This document shows, one piece after another, positions 32,275 through 44,916 of a DNA stretch of 64,000 bases (within the stretch, counting starts at the first letter, position 1; each line of letters opens with the position of its first letter). The translations under genes were made by a program, and so were the position numbers. The notes under the pieces are model-generated. The model ran no database searches, was not told the origin of the DNA, and saw only the letters and a program-made list of their open reading frames with translations. The stretch lies in NCBI GenBank assembly GCA_963757475.1, contig CAVWRW010000002.1, positions 133,596 through 197,595 on the forward strand, read 5' to 3'. This DNA comes from Candidatus Dormiibacterota bacterium. Lineage in GTDB: Bacteria; Chloroflexota; Dormibacteria; Aeolococcales; Aeolococcaceae.

Positions 32275-33098
32275 GCGATGCCCAGGTGGGCGATTCCCGG
32301 ATGAAGGATGCGATCCGCTGCGATGTGGTCGCTCGGCGACTACGGCGCGCTCGCCGTCGCATCTGGAGCCGCACGCCATCGAGCTGGCGCAGCGAAGCCG
32401 CCTGCAACCGGGCAGCGAGGTGCTCGACGTCGCTGCGGGCAACGGCAATTTCGCCATCGCCGCTGCCCGCCTCGGCGCGACGGTCGTGGCAACCGACCTG
32501 ACCCCCGCGATGGTCGAGCTCGGCAAGGCCCGCAGCCGCGAACAAGGCATGGCGATCGAGTGGCTCGAGGCCGACGCCGAGGGGCTGCCGTTTCCCGACG
32601 CGCGCTTCGACGTCGTCGCATCGGTGTTCGGTGCGATGTTCGCCCCGGACCCCGACGCGTTGCGCGGAGCTGTTCCGGGTCACCAAGCCCGGCGGTCTCG
32701 TGGCGATGGCGAACTATGGCCCGAAAGGCTTCCTCCCAGCGATTCACCGCGCTGATGGTCGCGTACGGCTCCGGCGCCGCCGCCGGGCATGCCGTCGCCG
32801 TTCGACTGGGGTGAGACCGATGTGCTGCACAAGCGGTTCAAGGGACTGACGGCGAAGATCGAGGTGTATCCGCAGGCGCTCACCTTCGAGTTCGATTCGC
32901 CAGACGCCGGATGGGAGTTCTGGGAGCGGACCAACCCACCGCTCGTCGGCGTTGAAGATGATGCTCGAGTCCTGAACAGTTCGCAGAGCTCCGCGAGGAG
33001 GGCAAGCGAAGCTGTTCGGCGAGATGAACCAGTCAGCCGGTGGCAGCCGGCTCACGCTCGAGTCGGACTATCTCCAGGTGCTCGCCCGCAAGGCCTGA
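32271..33098 (+). CDS. Class I SAM methyltransferase (frameshifted)
   Basis: MWSLGDY, VLDVAAGNGN, ADAEGLPFPDARFDVVASVFGAMFAP, SPFDWG, SDYLQVLARKA*. Confidence 0.85.
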
Positions 33099-34659
33099 TC
33101 GCTCGCGCGCCGCGATGATCGCGTACTCGAACGCGTCGGCAAGCGCGCTCCATGAGGCCTCGATGATGTTCGTGCTGCAGCCGACGGTGCTCCAGCGTCG
33201 ATGGTGGTCGCCGCTCTCCACGAGCACGCGCACGCCGGCGGCGGTGCCATCGCGTCCGTCGAGCACGCGCACCTTGTAGTCGAAGAGCTGCGTCGCTCCG
33301 ATCTCCGGATAGCCGGCGACAGCGCCTTGCGCAACGCCGCGTCGAGCGCATTGACAGGGCCGTTTCCCTCGGCGGCGGTGTGCACCACGGCGTCGCCGAC
33401 CTGCACCTTGATCGTCGCCTCGCAGACCAGCGAGCGGCCTTCGCGCTGCTCGACGAGCGCGATGTAGTCGATGAGCGTGAACGGCGCGACGTTGCCGCGC
33501 GCGCGGTGGACGAGCAGTTCGAAAGATGCCTCCGCACCCTCGAACGAATGGCCGCTGTGCTCGAGGCGTTTGACCTCGTCCGCGACGCGCCGGGCGAGCG
33601 CCTGGTCCTGGGTGAGGTCGACGCCGAATGCCGCCGCCTTCTCCAGCACGGTGCCGCGTCCGGACTGCTGCGTGATCACAGAGTGCCGCTGATTGCCGAC
33701 GCGCGCCGGGTCGATGTGCTGATACGCGTATGACGCCTTGCTCATCGCGTCGATGTGCTGGCCGCCCTTGTGCGTGAACGCGGCCTGACCGATATACGGT
33801 GCGGAGAGCGGCGGCGAGATGTTGGCGATCTCCGCAACGTCACGCGCGACCTCCGTGAGTCGCGCCAGCTGCTCGTCGTCGATGACGCGAATGCCCATCT
33901 TGAGCTGCAGGTTGGGGATGAGCGTGCAGAGGTTCGCGTTGCCGGTGCGCTCGCCGTAGCCGTTGATGCAGCCCTGCACCTGCACGGCGCCGGCGCGTAC
34001 CGCGGCGAGCGTGTTCGCGACGGCGCACCCGGAGTCGTCATGGCAGTGGATGCCGGCGATACTGCCGAAGCGCGCGGTGATGTCGCGGACGACCGACTCC
34101 ACCTGGTCGGGGAGCGTCCCGCCGTCGCGTGTCGCACAGCGTCACGCGTTCGGCGCCGGCACTGACCGCGGCATCGAGGCAGCGCAGTGCGTAGTCCGGG
34201 TCGCTGCGTGGCCGTCGAAGAAATGCTCCGCGTCGAACACGACCCGCCGTCCCTGCGTCGACGAGCCAGCGCACCGAATCGGCGATCATCGCGAGGTTCT
34301 CGTCCGTCGTCGTGCGCAGGACGTCGACGACCTGCCGGTCCCAGGTCTTGCCGACCAGCGTGATCATCGGCGCCATCGAGTCGAGCAGCGTGCGTAGCTG
34401 CGAGGTCGTCCTGCGGTCGCATGCCCGGTCGCCGGGTGGCGCCGAATGCGGCGAGCGTCGCGTTGCGCAGGGGGTGCATGCGCATCGCGGCAAAGAACTC
34501 GGTGTCGGTGGGATTCGCGCCGGGCCAGCCGCCCTCGACCACCGTGACCCCGAGTGTGTCGAGATGCTCGGCGATGCGCAGCTTGTCGGACACCGAGAAG
34601 TTGATGCCGACTCCCTGCGCGCCGTCGCGCAGCGTCGTGTCGTAGATCTCGAGGCTCAC
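33033..34659 (-). CDS. cimA: Citramalate synthase, bacterial type (frameshifted)
   Basis: YDTTLRDGAQG, EGGWPGANPTD, GIHCHDDSGCAVAN, GCINGYGERTGNANL, AFTHKGGQH, WSTVGCSTNIIEASW. Confidence 0.85.
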
Positions 34660-35750
34660 GAGGCGGCTCCGATGACGCGGCGAGCGCGCGCATCGCCTCG
34701 CGTGACACTGCGTCAGCGACGGCATCGTGCTCGCGTTGCCGCCGAGGTCCGGCGGTGAGCACGTCCTCGCTGATGCAGACATCGACGGCGGCCTCGATGG
34801 CGGCGGCGAGATCGTCGCGATGCAGCGAGTGACGGAGCATCATCGCCACCGAGAGGATGGCGCCGTACGGGTTGGCGACGCCCCTGCCCGCGAGGCTCGG
34901 TGCGCTGCCATGGATCGGCTCGTACAGTCCCTGGTCGGTGGCGCCGAGGCTGGCGGACGGCAGCAGCCCGAGCGAGCCGGCGAGCACGGCGGCCTCGTCG
35001 CTGAGGATGTCGCCGAAGAGGTTCTCGGCGACGATCACGTCGACGGTCGCCGGCTCGCGAACCAGGCGCATGGCGAAGGAGTCGACGAGCTCGTGTGTCA
35101 GCGTCACGGTCGGGTACTCGGGGGCGAGCGCGCTGACCACCTCGCGCCAGAGCTGGCTCGTGATGAGCACGTTGGCCTTGTCGATCGAGATGAGCTCGCC
35201 GCGCCGGCCGCCGCAAGCGCGAACGCGACGCGCGCGACTCGCTCGATCTCCGCGGCGCTGTACACGATGCTGTCGCGCGCGATCTCGGCTGGGCCGGTGC
35301 CGGTGCGGCCGCGTGGCTGCCCGAAGTACGCGCCGCCCGGTGAGCTCGCGCACCACGATGAGGTCGGTGCCCTTGACGACGTCGCGGCGCAGCGGCGTGC
35401 GTCGGCGAGATGCGGATGCACGCGAACCGGCCGGACATTGGCGAACACGTCGAGCTCGCTGGCGCAGCTTGAGCAGCCCCGCCTCGCAGCGGTGCTCGCC
35501 GCGCAGGTGGTCCCATGCGGGTCCGCCGACGGCGCCGAGCAGCACGGCGTCCGCGTCGCGGCAGGCGTCGAGCGTCTCGTCGGGCAGCGGCGTGCCGTAC
35601 TCGTCGATGGCGCGGCCGCCGATGACGTGCACGTCGATGTTGATCTCCGCATCAGCGGCGGTGCACACGCCGGCGAGCACGCTGAGCGCGGCGTTGACCA
35701 CCTCGGGGCCGATCCCGTCGCCGGGGAGGACGACGACGTTCGCCGTCAGG
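34656..35750 (-). CDS. leuB: 3-isopropylmalate dehydrogenase (frameshifted; start unclear)
   Basis: VLPGDGIGPEV, AVLLGAVGGP, VRELTG, DKANVL, ENLFGDILSDEA, YEPIHGSAP. Confidence 0.93.
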
Positions 35751-36362
35751 CCCGGAGACCCGGTGCGGCTGAGATCAGGCATCCACGCCGGCCGCTGCGC
35801 CTCGAACGCGGTGATCGCCTCCTCGTGCTCGAGCGTCGAGGAGATGTCGTCGAGGCCCTCGAGCAGACGCTTGCGCACGAACGGGTCGAGGTGGAAGCCA
35901 AAGCGCAGGTCGCCGCACGTCACCGTCTCGGTGACGAGGTCGACCGCGACCGTGATGCCGGGCTGCTCGGTCGCGAGGTCGATCAGGGCGCGAACCTCGT
36001 GCTCCGGCAACGGCACCGGCAAGCCCGCTGCCGAGCGCGTTGGTGCTGAAGATGTCGCCGAACGACTCGGAGATCACGGCGCGGATGCCGTGGTCGGCAA
36101 GCGCCCACACCGCGTGCTCTCGCGACGAGCCGCAGCCGAAGTTGCGACCGGTGACGAGCACGGTTCCCGCTCGTATGCCTGCTGGTTGAGCACGAAGTCC
36201 GACGCGGGCACCGGCGTCGCGCCGCCAGTCGTTGAACAGGAACTCGCCGTAGCCGTTGCGCTCGATGCGCTTCAGGAACTGCTTGGGGATGATCTGATCG
36301 GTGTCGACGTCGGAGCGATCGAGCGGGACGAGGACACCCTCCTCGCGCTGAAACGGCTTCAT
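35751..36362 (-). CDS. leuD: 3-isopropylmalate dehydratase small subunit (frameshifted; reads in frame into leuB as given)
   Basis: [36 protein letters not shown]...FEAQRPAW. Confidence 0.93.
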
Positions 36363-37785
36363 GCGCGTGCACCGCGGCGTCGAGTTGCCGGACGTCGACG
36401 AAGTGACCTTCGACTGCTGCCGCCGCGGCCATCACCGGCGAGACGAGATGCGTGCGCCCGCCGCGGCCCTGCCGGCCTTCGAAGTTGCGGTTGCTCGTGC
36501 TCGCGCATCGTTCGCCGGGCTGGAGGATGTCGGGGTTCATGCCGAGGCACATCGAGCATCCCGGGTTGCGCCATTCCGCGCCTGCGTTGCGGAAGATCGC
36601 GTCCAGTCCTTCGGTCTCCGCCTGCAGCTTCACCTGCGCCGAACCCGGGACGACGAGCATGCGCAGGCCGGCATGCACGCGCCGTCCGTCCAGCACGGCG
36701 CGGCAGCGCGCAGATCCTCGATGCGGCCGTTTGTGCAGGAGCCGAGGAAGACGGTGTCGAGCGCGATGTCGGCGATCGGCGTGCCCGGCTCGAGTCCCAT
36801 GTACGCAAGCGCGCGCGTCGCCAACTCGCGCTCGGCTGCATCGGCGAACGACTCGGGGTCCGGCACGTGTCCGCTCACGGGAACCGACTGCGCAGGCGTC
36901 GTTCCCCACGTCACGGTCGGCTCGAGCGTGGCCGCATCGATGGTCACCGAGCGGTCGTAGCGCGCGCCGGGGTCGCTGCGCAGCTCGCTCCACGCGGCGA
37001 CCGCGGCATCCCACTGCTCGCCGCGCGGCGCGTAGGGGCGGTTCGCGATGTACGCGATCGTGACGTCGTCCGGCGCGATCATCCCCGCGCGGCCGCCGCC
37101 TTCGATCGTGAGGTTGCAGAGGGTCATGCGCTGCTCCATCGAGAAGCCGCGCACCACGGGACCGGTGTACTCGACGACGTGGCCCGCGGCGCCGGCGGTG
37201 CCGATGGCGTTCAGGACGCCGAGCGCCGTGTCCTTGGCCGTGACACCGGGCGGCAGCGCTCCCTCGATGCGCACCTCCATCGTCAGCGGCCGCGCCTGGC
37301 GCAGGCACTGGGTGGCGAGCACGTGCTCGACCTCCGAGGTGCCGATGCCGAGCGCGAAGGCGCCGAAGGCGCCGTGCGTCGCGGTGTGCGAGTCGCCGCA
37401 GACGATGACGCTCCCGGGGAGTGTGAGGCCGAGCTCCGGGCCGATGACGTGCACGATCCCCTGCCAGCGGTGGCCGGCGCCGAAGCAGGCGATGCCCGAC
37501 TCGTCGCAGTTGCGGCGCAGCGTGTCCATCTGCGCGACGCTCATCTCGTCGGCACCGCCGAATTGCCCGTCGGTGCCCGTGGTCGGCACGTTGTGGTCCA
37601 TCGTGGCAACAACGAGCCCGGGGCGGCGAACGGGCCGGCCCTCCATGCGAAGGCCTTCGAAGGCCTGTGGCGAGGTGACCTCGTGGACGAGGTGCAGGTC
37701 GACGTAGAGGAGCGCGGGCTCGCCGTCGCTCTCCGCGACAACGTGCGCGTCCCAGATCTTGTCGAAGAGGGTGCGTGGGCGTCAT
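36359..37785 (-). CDS. leuC: 3-isopropylmalate dehydratase large subunit (frameshifted)
   Basis: [70 protein letters not shown]. Confidence 0.95.
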
Positions 37786-39350
37786 TCGGCGACAGCGACC
37801 GCCACGCTGCCAGCTGCTTCGGGGTGATGCGCGGGCCGGCGGCGACACGCGCGGTGAGCCGGTTCAGCGCGTGCACGTATGCCTTCGCGGCGGCGACGAG
37901 GATGTCGGTGTCGGCGCCGTGGCCTGCGCTGAGCGACGCCATTCTTGGCGGAGACGGACGGTCACCTCACCGACAGCATCCATGCCTTCGGTGATCGCCT
38001 GGATCGCGAACTCCTCGAGCTCGGCGTTGCATCTGCACAAGTGAGTTCGATCGCCCGATACGCGGCATCGACCGGACCGTCGCCGGTCGACACGGCCTCG
38101 CGGCTGACCCCGTCGCTGAGGAGCATGCGCACCGTTGCAGTCGGTCGCATGTTCGTCCCGCAGCTCACCTGGAGATGCTCGAGGCGGAAGGTCTCCTCGC
38201 CGCCCTGCCGCTCGTCGGCGACGATCGCCTCGAGGTCGCGGTCGGTCACGTCGCGCTTGCGGTCCGCGAGGCTCTTGAAACGCACAAATGCGCGCTGCAA
38301 CTCTTCACCGTCGAGGCGGTAGCCGAGCTGCTCGAGGCGATCGCGCAGCGCGTGGCGCCCGCTCAGCTTGCCGAGCACGAGCGTCGATCCGGCGCCGACC
38401 TGACCGGGCTCCATGATCTCGAACGTCCGACGGTCCTTGAGCATGCCGTCCTGGTGAATGCCCGAGTGGTGCGCGAACGCGTTGGCGCCGACAACGGACT
38501 TGTTCGGCTGCACGAGCATGCCGGTGAGCTGCGAGACGAGCCGCGAGGTTCGATACAGCTGCGAATGGTCGAGCTGCGTGGTGACGCCGTACACCTCCGG
38601 GTGCAGCGCCGTCGCCATCGCGACCTCCTCGAGCGCGGCGTTGCCCGCGCGCTCGCCGATACCGTTGACGCACGTCTCGATCTGGCGCGCTCCGCCGAGC
38701 ACGCTGACGAGCGAGTTGGCTGTGGCGAGGCCGAGGTCGTTGTGGCAGTGGACCGAGAGCACGACGTCGCGCAGCGCGGGCACCTGCTCGTACATCCAGC
38801 CGATCAGCTCGCGCCATTCGTCCGGCGTCGCGTATCCCACGGTGTCCGGGAAGGTTGATCGTGTTCGCTCCGGCCTCGATGCATCCGTTGACGACCTCGG
38901 CGAGGTACTCACGCTCGGTGCGACTCGAGTCCATGGGTGAGAACTCGACGTCGTCTCGGAAGGACTTCGCCAGCGCTGCCATCTCCACCGCGTGGTCGTA
39001 GACCTGGCGCTGTGTCATGTGCAGCTGGCCTTCGCGATGGATCGGCGAGGTGCCGATGAACGTGTGGATGCGCGCGCGAGCAGCCGGTTCGAGCGCAGCC
39101 GCGCACGCGCGCACATCGGCTTCGAAACAGCGCGAGAGTCCGGCGATGATCGGCCCTTCAACCTGCTCGGCGATCGCCTTGACAGCCGCGAAGTCACCAG
39201 GGGAACTGTGCGGGAAGCCCGCTTCGATCACGTCGACACGAAGCCGTGCCAGCTGATGCGCGATCTGCAGCTTGTCCTCCGCGTTGAGCGCAACCCCCGG
39301 GGACTGCTCACCGTCACGGAGCGTTGTGTCGAGGATGACGAGGCTCTCGG

Positions 39351-39354
<4 letters not shown>
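37782..39354 (-). CDS. leuA: 2-isopropylmalate synthase (frameshifted)
   Basis: [57 protein letters not shown]. Confidence 0.93.
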
Positions 39355-40406
<1,052 letters not shown>

Positions 40407-40431
40407 GAAAGGTCGCCTCCTCTGGGGTGCT

Positions 40432-41013
40432 TCACACGGTGCCGGTGGTATCGCCCGCCACGCCGGGCACGCTCGCTGCCGCCGGCTGGTCGTCGCCGTC
40501 GAGGGCGAAGTCCATCAGCCGGATCCGGGCCTGATCGCCGCGAACAAGCGCAACGACACCGCTGCGCGCCAGTTCCTTGATGCCGTACGGACGCATCAAC
40601 TCGATGAAGTTGTCGATCTTCTCGGCGCTGCCGGTGACCTCGATGATGACCGAGCTCGCCGCGACGTCCACGACGCGGCCCCGGAAGATGTCGACGAGGT
40701 TGAGGATCTCCGTGCGCTCGCCTTGCGGGGCATGCATCCTGATCAGCACGAGCTCGTGCGCGACGTTGCGAAGTCCGGTGATGTCATCGATGGTGATGAC
40801 ATCGATGAGCTTCGCCAGCTGTTTTGTGGCCTGCTCGGCTTGCTGGCGGCCGACGTGCACGGTGATCGTCATGCGCGAGACCGAGTCATCGTCGGTGGGT
40901 CCCACCGACAGGGAGTCGATGTTGAAGCCGCGCCGCCGGATCATCGAGGCGACGCGCTGGAGCACACCCGGCTTGTTGTCGACGAGGACCGAGAGCAGAC
41001 GGCTCTGAGTCAT
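40432..41013 (-). CDS. ilvN: Acetolactate synthase small (ACT) subunit
   Basis: [33 protein letters not shown]. Confidence 0.95.
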   Translation of the reverse strand: MTQSRLLSVLVDNKPGVLQRVASMIRRRGFNIDSLSVGPTDDDSVSRMTITVHVGRQQAEQATKQLAKLIDVITIDDITGLRNVAHELVLIRMHAPQGERTEILNLVDIFRGRVVDVAASSVIIEVTGSAEKIDNFIELMRPYGIKELARSGVVALVRGDQARIRLMDFALDGDDQPAAASVPGVAGDTTGTV

Positions 41014-42775
41014 CAACTCGCCTCGACGAAGTCGAGCATGCCCAGGCCGAGCGGCACGATCGGATACACGTTGGCGTTGGGATCGATGTTGAAGTTGAGC
41101 AGCACCGGTCCCTTGTGCGCGATCGCTTCGTCAAGGAGACGCGGCACGTCCTCGATACGATCGGTGGACATCGCCTTCATGCCGAATGCGTCGCCGAGCT
41201 TGACGAAGTCGGGCGTGAACGTCAGGTCCACAGCAGATCGGACGCCGTCGTAGAAGTCGTCCTGGAACTGGCGGACCATGCCGAGCGACGAGTTGTTCAA
41301 GATGATGACGTTGACGTCGATGTTGTTCTCGACCATCGTCGCCATCTCCTGCATGTTCATCACGAAGCCGCCTTCGCCGGTGACGCAGAACACCGTCTTG
41401 TGCGGGTTGGCGAGCTTCGCGCCCATCGACGCCGGGAACGCGTACCCCATGTCCCGGTGCCGCCGGAGTTGAGGAACAGTCCGGGCTTTCGATAGCTGAA
41501 CCAGAGCGCGGCCCAGATCTGGTTCTGGCCGACGTCGGCGAGCACGATCGCCTCGTCCTCGCAACGCGCATACATCGCCTCGAGCACTTCCTGCGGTTGG
41601 AGGAGCCCGTTGTGGTTCGTGTATCGCACCGGATGCTCTTCCTTCCACTGGTCGATCTGCGTCAGCCACTGGTGCTCGCGCTTCGGCTCCACGAGCAGGT
41701 TGAGCTCGCGGAGCGCGACCTTGGCGTCAGCGACGACGCTGACGTGTGGGACGACGTTCTTGCCGATCTCGGCAGGGTCGATGTCGATGTGGACGAGGTG
41801 CTCGACGCGCGGGGCGAAGGAGTCGAGACGCGTGGTGACGCGGTCATCGCAGCGCATCCCGATCATGATCAGCACGTCCGCGTCGCACACCGCCTTGTTC
41901 GTAAAGCCGGCGCCCATGAACCCGACCATCTGCAGTGCCATCGGATCGGTGACGGGGAAGGCCCCGGTGCCGAGCAGCGTCCAGCCCACTGGGATGTGCG
42001 CCTGATGCGCCAGCTCGAGCAACTCCTCCTCGGCACCGGCGATGAGCACGCCGCGTCCCGCTAGGATCACGGGACGCTTGGCGCCCTCGATCAGCTGTGC
42101 GATACGCCGGATTTTCGCGGGATCGGGGAGTGGCGGAGCGGGGTAGGAGCGCCGTCGCACCGGACCCTCCGGATAGTTGAATGGGGTCTTCGCCGCCTGG
42201 AGGTCCTTGGGAAAGTCGATGAGCACCGGTCCGGGCCGGCCGGTCCGTGCGATGTGGAACGCCTCCTTGATCGTCGGGGCGATGTCCTCAACGCGGGTGA
42301 TCAAGTAGGAGTGCTTGACGACCGACATCGTCGAACCGATCACATCGGACTCCTGGAAGCTGTCGGTGCCGATGGCGGTGCTTGGCACCTGCCCGGTGAT
42401 GGCGACCACCGGCACGGAATCCATGTACGCGGTCGCAAGTCCCGTCACGAGGTTGAGCGCGCCGGGGCCGCTCGTCGCAAAGACCACCCCGACCGATCCG
42501 CGCTTGCTGCGCGCGTAGCCGTCGGCGGCGTGGGCGCCGCCCTGCTCGTGCCGGACGAGGATGTGATGCAGCTCGGGGTAGTCGGGCAAGTACCGGTACA
42601 GCCAGAGGTTGGCTCCGCCGGGATACCCGAAGATGGTGTCGACACCCTCGCGGATGAGCGACTCGAGGGCGACCTGGGCGCCGGTGAGCAGGCGCGCGGG
42701 TTCCGTCGCGCGCTCCGACAGCGGTGTTGCGGCCGCGACCGCCCCCGAGCGACGATCCGTTCGGGCGCTGATCAC
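41013..42775 (-). CDS. ilvB: Acetolactate synthase large subunit (frameshift near 41460)
   Basis: IFGYPGGA, RHEQGG, TGQV, FQESD, GRPGPVLID, DVGQNQ, GEGGFVMN, GMVRQFQ. Confidence 0.95.
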
Positions 42776-42972
42776 TGGTAGTAGCGGCTGAGCGATCGGC
42801 GCACGAATTCGTCGCTCTCATCGTGAGCTCGCGTCGTGCCTGGTGCATGTCGCTCCGCGCGCACGGCTTCGAAGCGCTCGGCGGGAGTGCCATCCTCATG
42901 CGCTCGCATGTCCATGCGTGGTGGTGTCCCCATCCCGTCGTAGGGGGTGGGTGCCTGTCCCGATCCGGCCAT
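42772..42972 (-). CDS. Hypothetical 66-aa protein, first ORF after the attenuator
   Basis: AAGGAGG (42980-42986) 7 nt before the ATG; its TGA overlaps the ilvB GTG. Confidence 0.55.
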   Translation of the reverse strand: MAGSGQAPTPYDGMGTPPRMDMRAHEDGTPAERFEAVRAERHAPGTTRAHDESDEFVRRSLSRYYQ

Positions 42973-43003
42973 GACGAAGCCTCCTTGTGGTGATGCCGGT
43001 GAA

Positions 43004-43037
43004 CAAAAAAAGGCCCCCTCCTGGGAGGGGGCCTTTT
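43004..43037 (-). terminator. Intrinsic terminator of the ilv-leu attenuator
   Basis: Minus strand AGGCCCCCTC-CCAG-GAGGGGGCCT followed by a U7 tract. Confidence 0.9.
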
Positions 43038-43061
43038 GCTTCTTTCCGGCTGGTGCTGGGT

Positions 43062-43157
43062 TTACCTGCGCACGCGCCTGGTCTGAAGCCTGATGGCCCC
43101 GCTCCTAATCAGGAGCAGGCCAACCAGCAGAACCAGGACGGACGCGTACGACGACAT
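43062..43157 (-). CDS. Branched-chain amino acid attenuator leader peptide, 31 aa
   Basis: MSSYASVLVLLVGLLLIRSGAIRLQTRRVRR*; 10 of codons 7-17 are Leu/Val/Ile; directly upstream of the terminator. Confidence 0.85.
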   Translation of the reverse strand: MSSYASVLVLLVGLLLIRSGAIRLQTRRVRR

Positions 43158-43165
43158 TGCCGCGA

Positions 43166-43195
43166 AGGATAAGGCCTGATCGTTCGCCACGTCAA
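43166..43195 (-). promoter_or_regulatory. Sigma70-type promoter of the ilv-leu operon
   Basis: TTGACG (43190-43195), 18-nt spacer, TATCCT (43166-43171), 8 nt before the leader ATG. Confidence 0.7.
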
Positions 43196-43221
43196 CACAC
43201 GGAGTTGTGACGGCCGCGCCG

Positions 43222-43227
43222 TATGCT
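43222..43227 (+). promoter_or_regulatory. -10 element for probably leaderless ilvD
   Basis: TATGCT 7 nt before ATG 43235; no Shine-Dalgarno. Confidence 0.55.
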
Positions 43228-43234
43228 TCCGCGA

Positions 43235-44916
43235 ATGACTGACGCGCGTGCGACTCGCCGCAGCGCCGTGATGCTGCATGGACCGGATCGCGCGCCCGCG
43301 CGCGCGATGCTCCGCGCGATCGGATTCAGCCGCGAGGATCTCGAGCGTCCGATCATCGGTGTCGGTCATTGCTGGATCGAGACGATGCCGTGCAACTGGA
43401 ATCACCGAGCGCTCGCCGAACGTGTGAAAGCAGGAGTCCGAGCAGCTGGTGGCACGCCGATGGAGTTCAACACCATCGCGGTGAGCGACGGCGTGACGAT
43501 GGGGACGCAGGGGATGAAGGCGTCACTTGTGTCTCGTGAGGTCATCGCCGACTTCGATCGAGCTCGTGACGCGCGGTCACAGCTTCGACGGTCTTGTCCT
43601 CATCGTCGGATGTGACAAGACGATTCCGGCAGCCGCGATGGCGCTGTGCCGGATGGACATTCCCGGGCTCATCCTCTACGGCGGGACGATCCAGCCGGGG
43701 CGGCTCCACGATCGCGACCTCACCGTCCAGGACGTGTTCGAGGCCGTCGGTGCGTACAACGCGGGTCGGATTGACTCCGATGAGCTGCGCGCCGTCGAGG
43801 AGCACGCGTGTCCGGGGGCTGGTGCATGCGCTGGGCAGTACACCGCGAACACGATGAGCAACGCGCTCGAGTTCCTCGGCCTTTCACCTCCCGGTGCCAA
43901 CGCAGTGCCTGCGACGCATCCCGACAAGCCAGCCGTCGCCGAGGCTGCAGGGCGCCTCGCGGTCCAGCTCGTCGAACAGGGCGTCAACCCGCGCTCCATC
44001 GTGAGCCGAGCAGCGATCGAGAATGCCGTCGCCTCCTTCTCGGCAAGCGGCGGCTCGACGAATGCGGTCCTGCATCTGCTCGCCATCGCCGCAGAGGCGG
44101 ACGTGCCGATGACCATCGACGAGGTGGACGCCATCTGCGCGAAGACGCCGATCCTCGCCGACCTGCGGCCGGCTGGTCGCTTCGTCGCGACGGACGTCTT
44201 CGCGGCGGGTGGGCTCGGTGTGCTCATGCAGCGGCTCCTCGAGCTCGGGCTCCTGCACGGCGACGCGCCGACCGTGGATGGACGGACGCTGGCCGAGGTC
44301 GCCGCGGCAGCCGTGGCGACACCCGGGCAGGAGGTGTTCCGCGACGCCGACGATCCGCTGCGTTCGCACGGCGGGATCGCGGTGCTCCGCGGGCAACCTC
44401 GCCGCCGACGGCTGCGTCGTGAAGCTCGCCGGCAATGACCGCGAGTCGCATCGCGGTCCGGCGCGCGTGTTCGACTCGGAGGAGGACGCGTTTGCCGCTG
44501 TTCGCGACGGGAAGATCCAGGCCGGTGACGTCGTCGTGATTCGCTACGAGGGCCCGGTCGGTGGTCCCGGCATGCGCGAGATGCTCGGCGTCACCGGGGC
44601 GATCGTCGGCGCGGGCCTCAGCGATTCGGTCGCGCTGATCACCGATGGACGATTCTCAGGGGCGACCCACGGGTTCATGGTGGCTCACATGGCACCCGAG
44701 GCTGCGCTCGGCGGTGGGCTCGCTGCCGTTCGCGACGGTGATGTCATCAATATCGATGTGGTCGCGCGACGGGTCGACGTCGAACTCGACGAAGCAGCGA
44801 TCGCGGAGCGTCTCGCCACGTGGGCGCCACCAGCCGCGCGTTTCGCCACCGGAGTCTTCGCGAAATATGCGGCGTCTGTGTCGAACGCCAGCCGCGGCGC
44901 AGTTACCGGACGCTGA
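43235..44916 (+). CDS. ilvD: Dihydroxy-acid dehydratase (frameshifted)
   Basis: [70 protein letters not shown]. Confidence 0.96.

Noticed and set aside
33033-33098. 65-nt convergent overlap between cimA and the methyltransferase
   Set aside because: Likely ordinary tail overlap or an indel near the cimA stop; no other signal.
34857-37994. 1045-aa plus-strand ORF and other long antisense ORFs (e.g. 21693..23162, 30625..31875, 39471..40580)
   Set aside because: High-GC shadow ORFs opposite well-identified genes; Arg/Ala/Pro-rich with no domain motifs.
42975-43200. T-box riboswitch upstream of ilvB
   Set aside because: No GGTGGNACC T-box motif or stem I features; the leader-peptide model explains the region.
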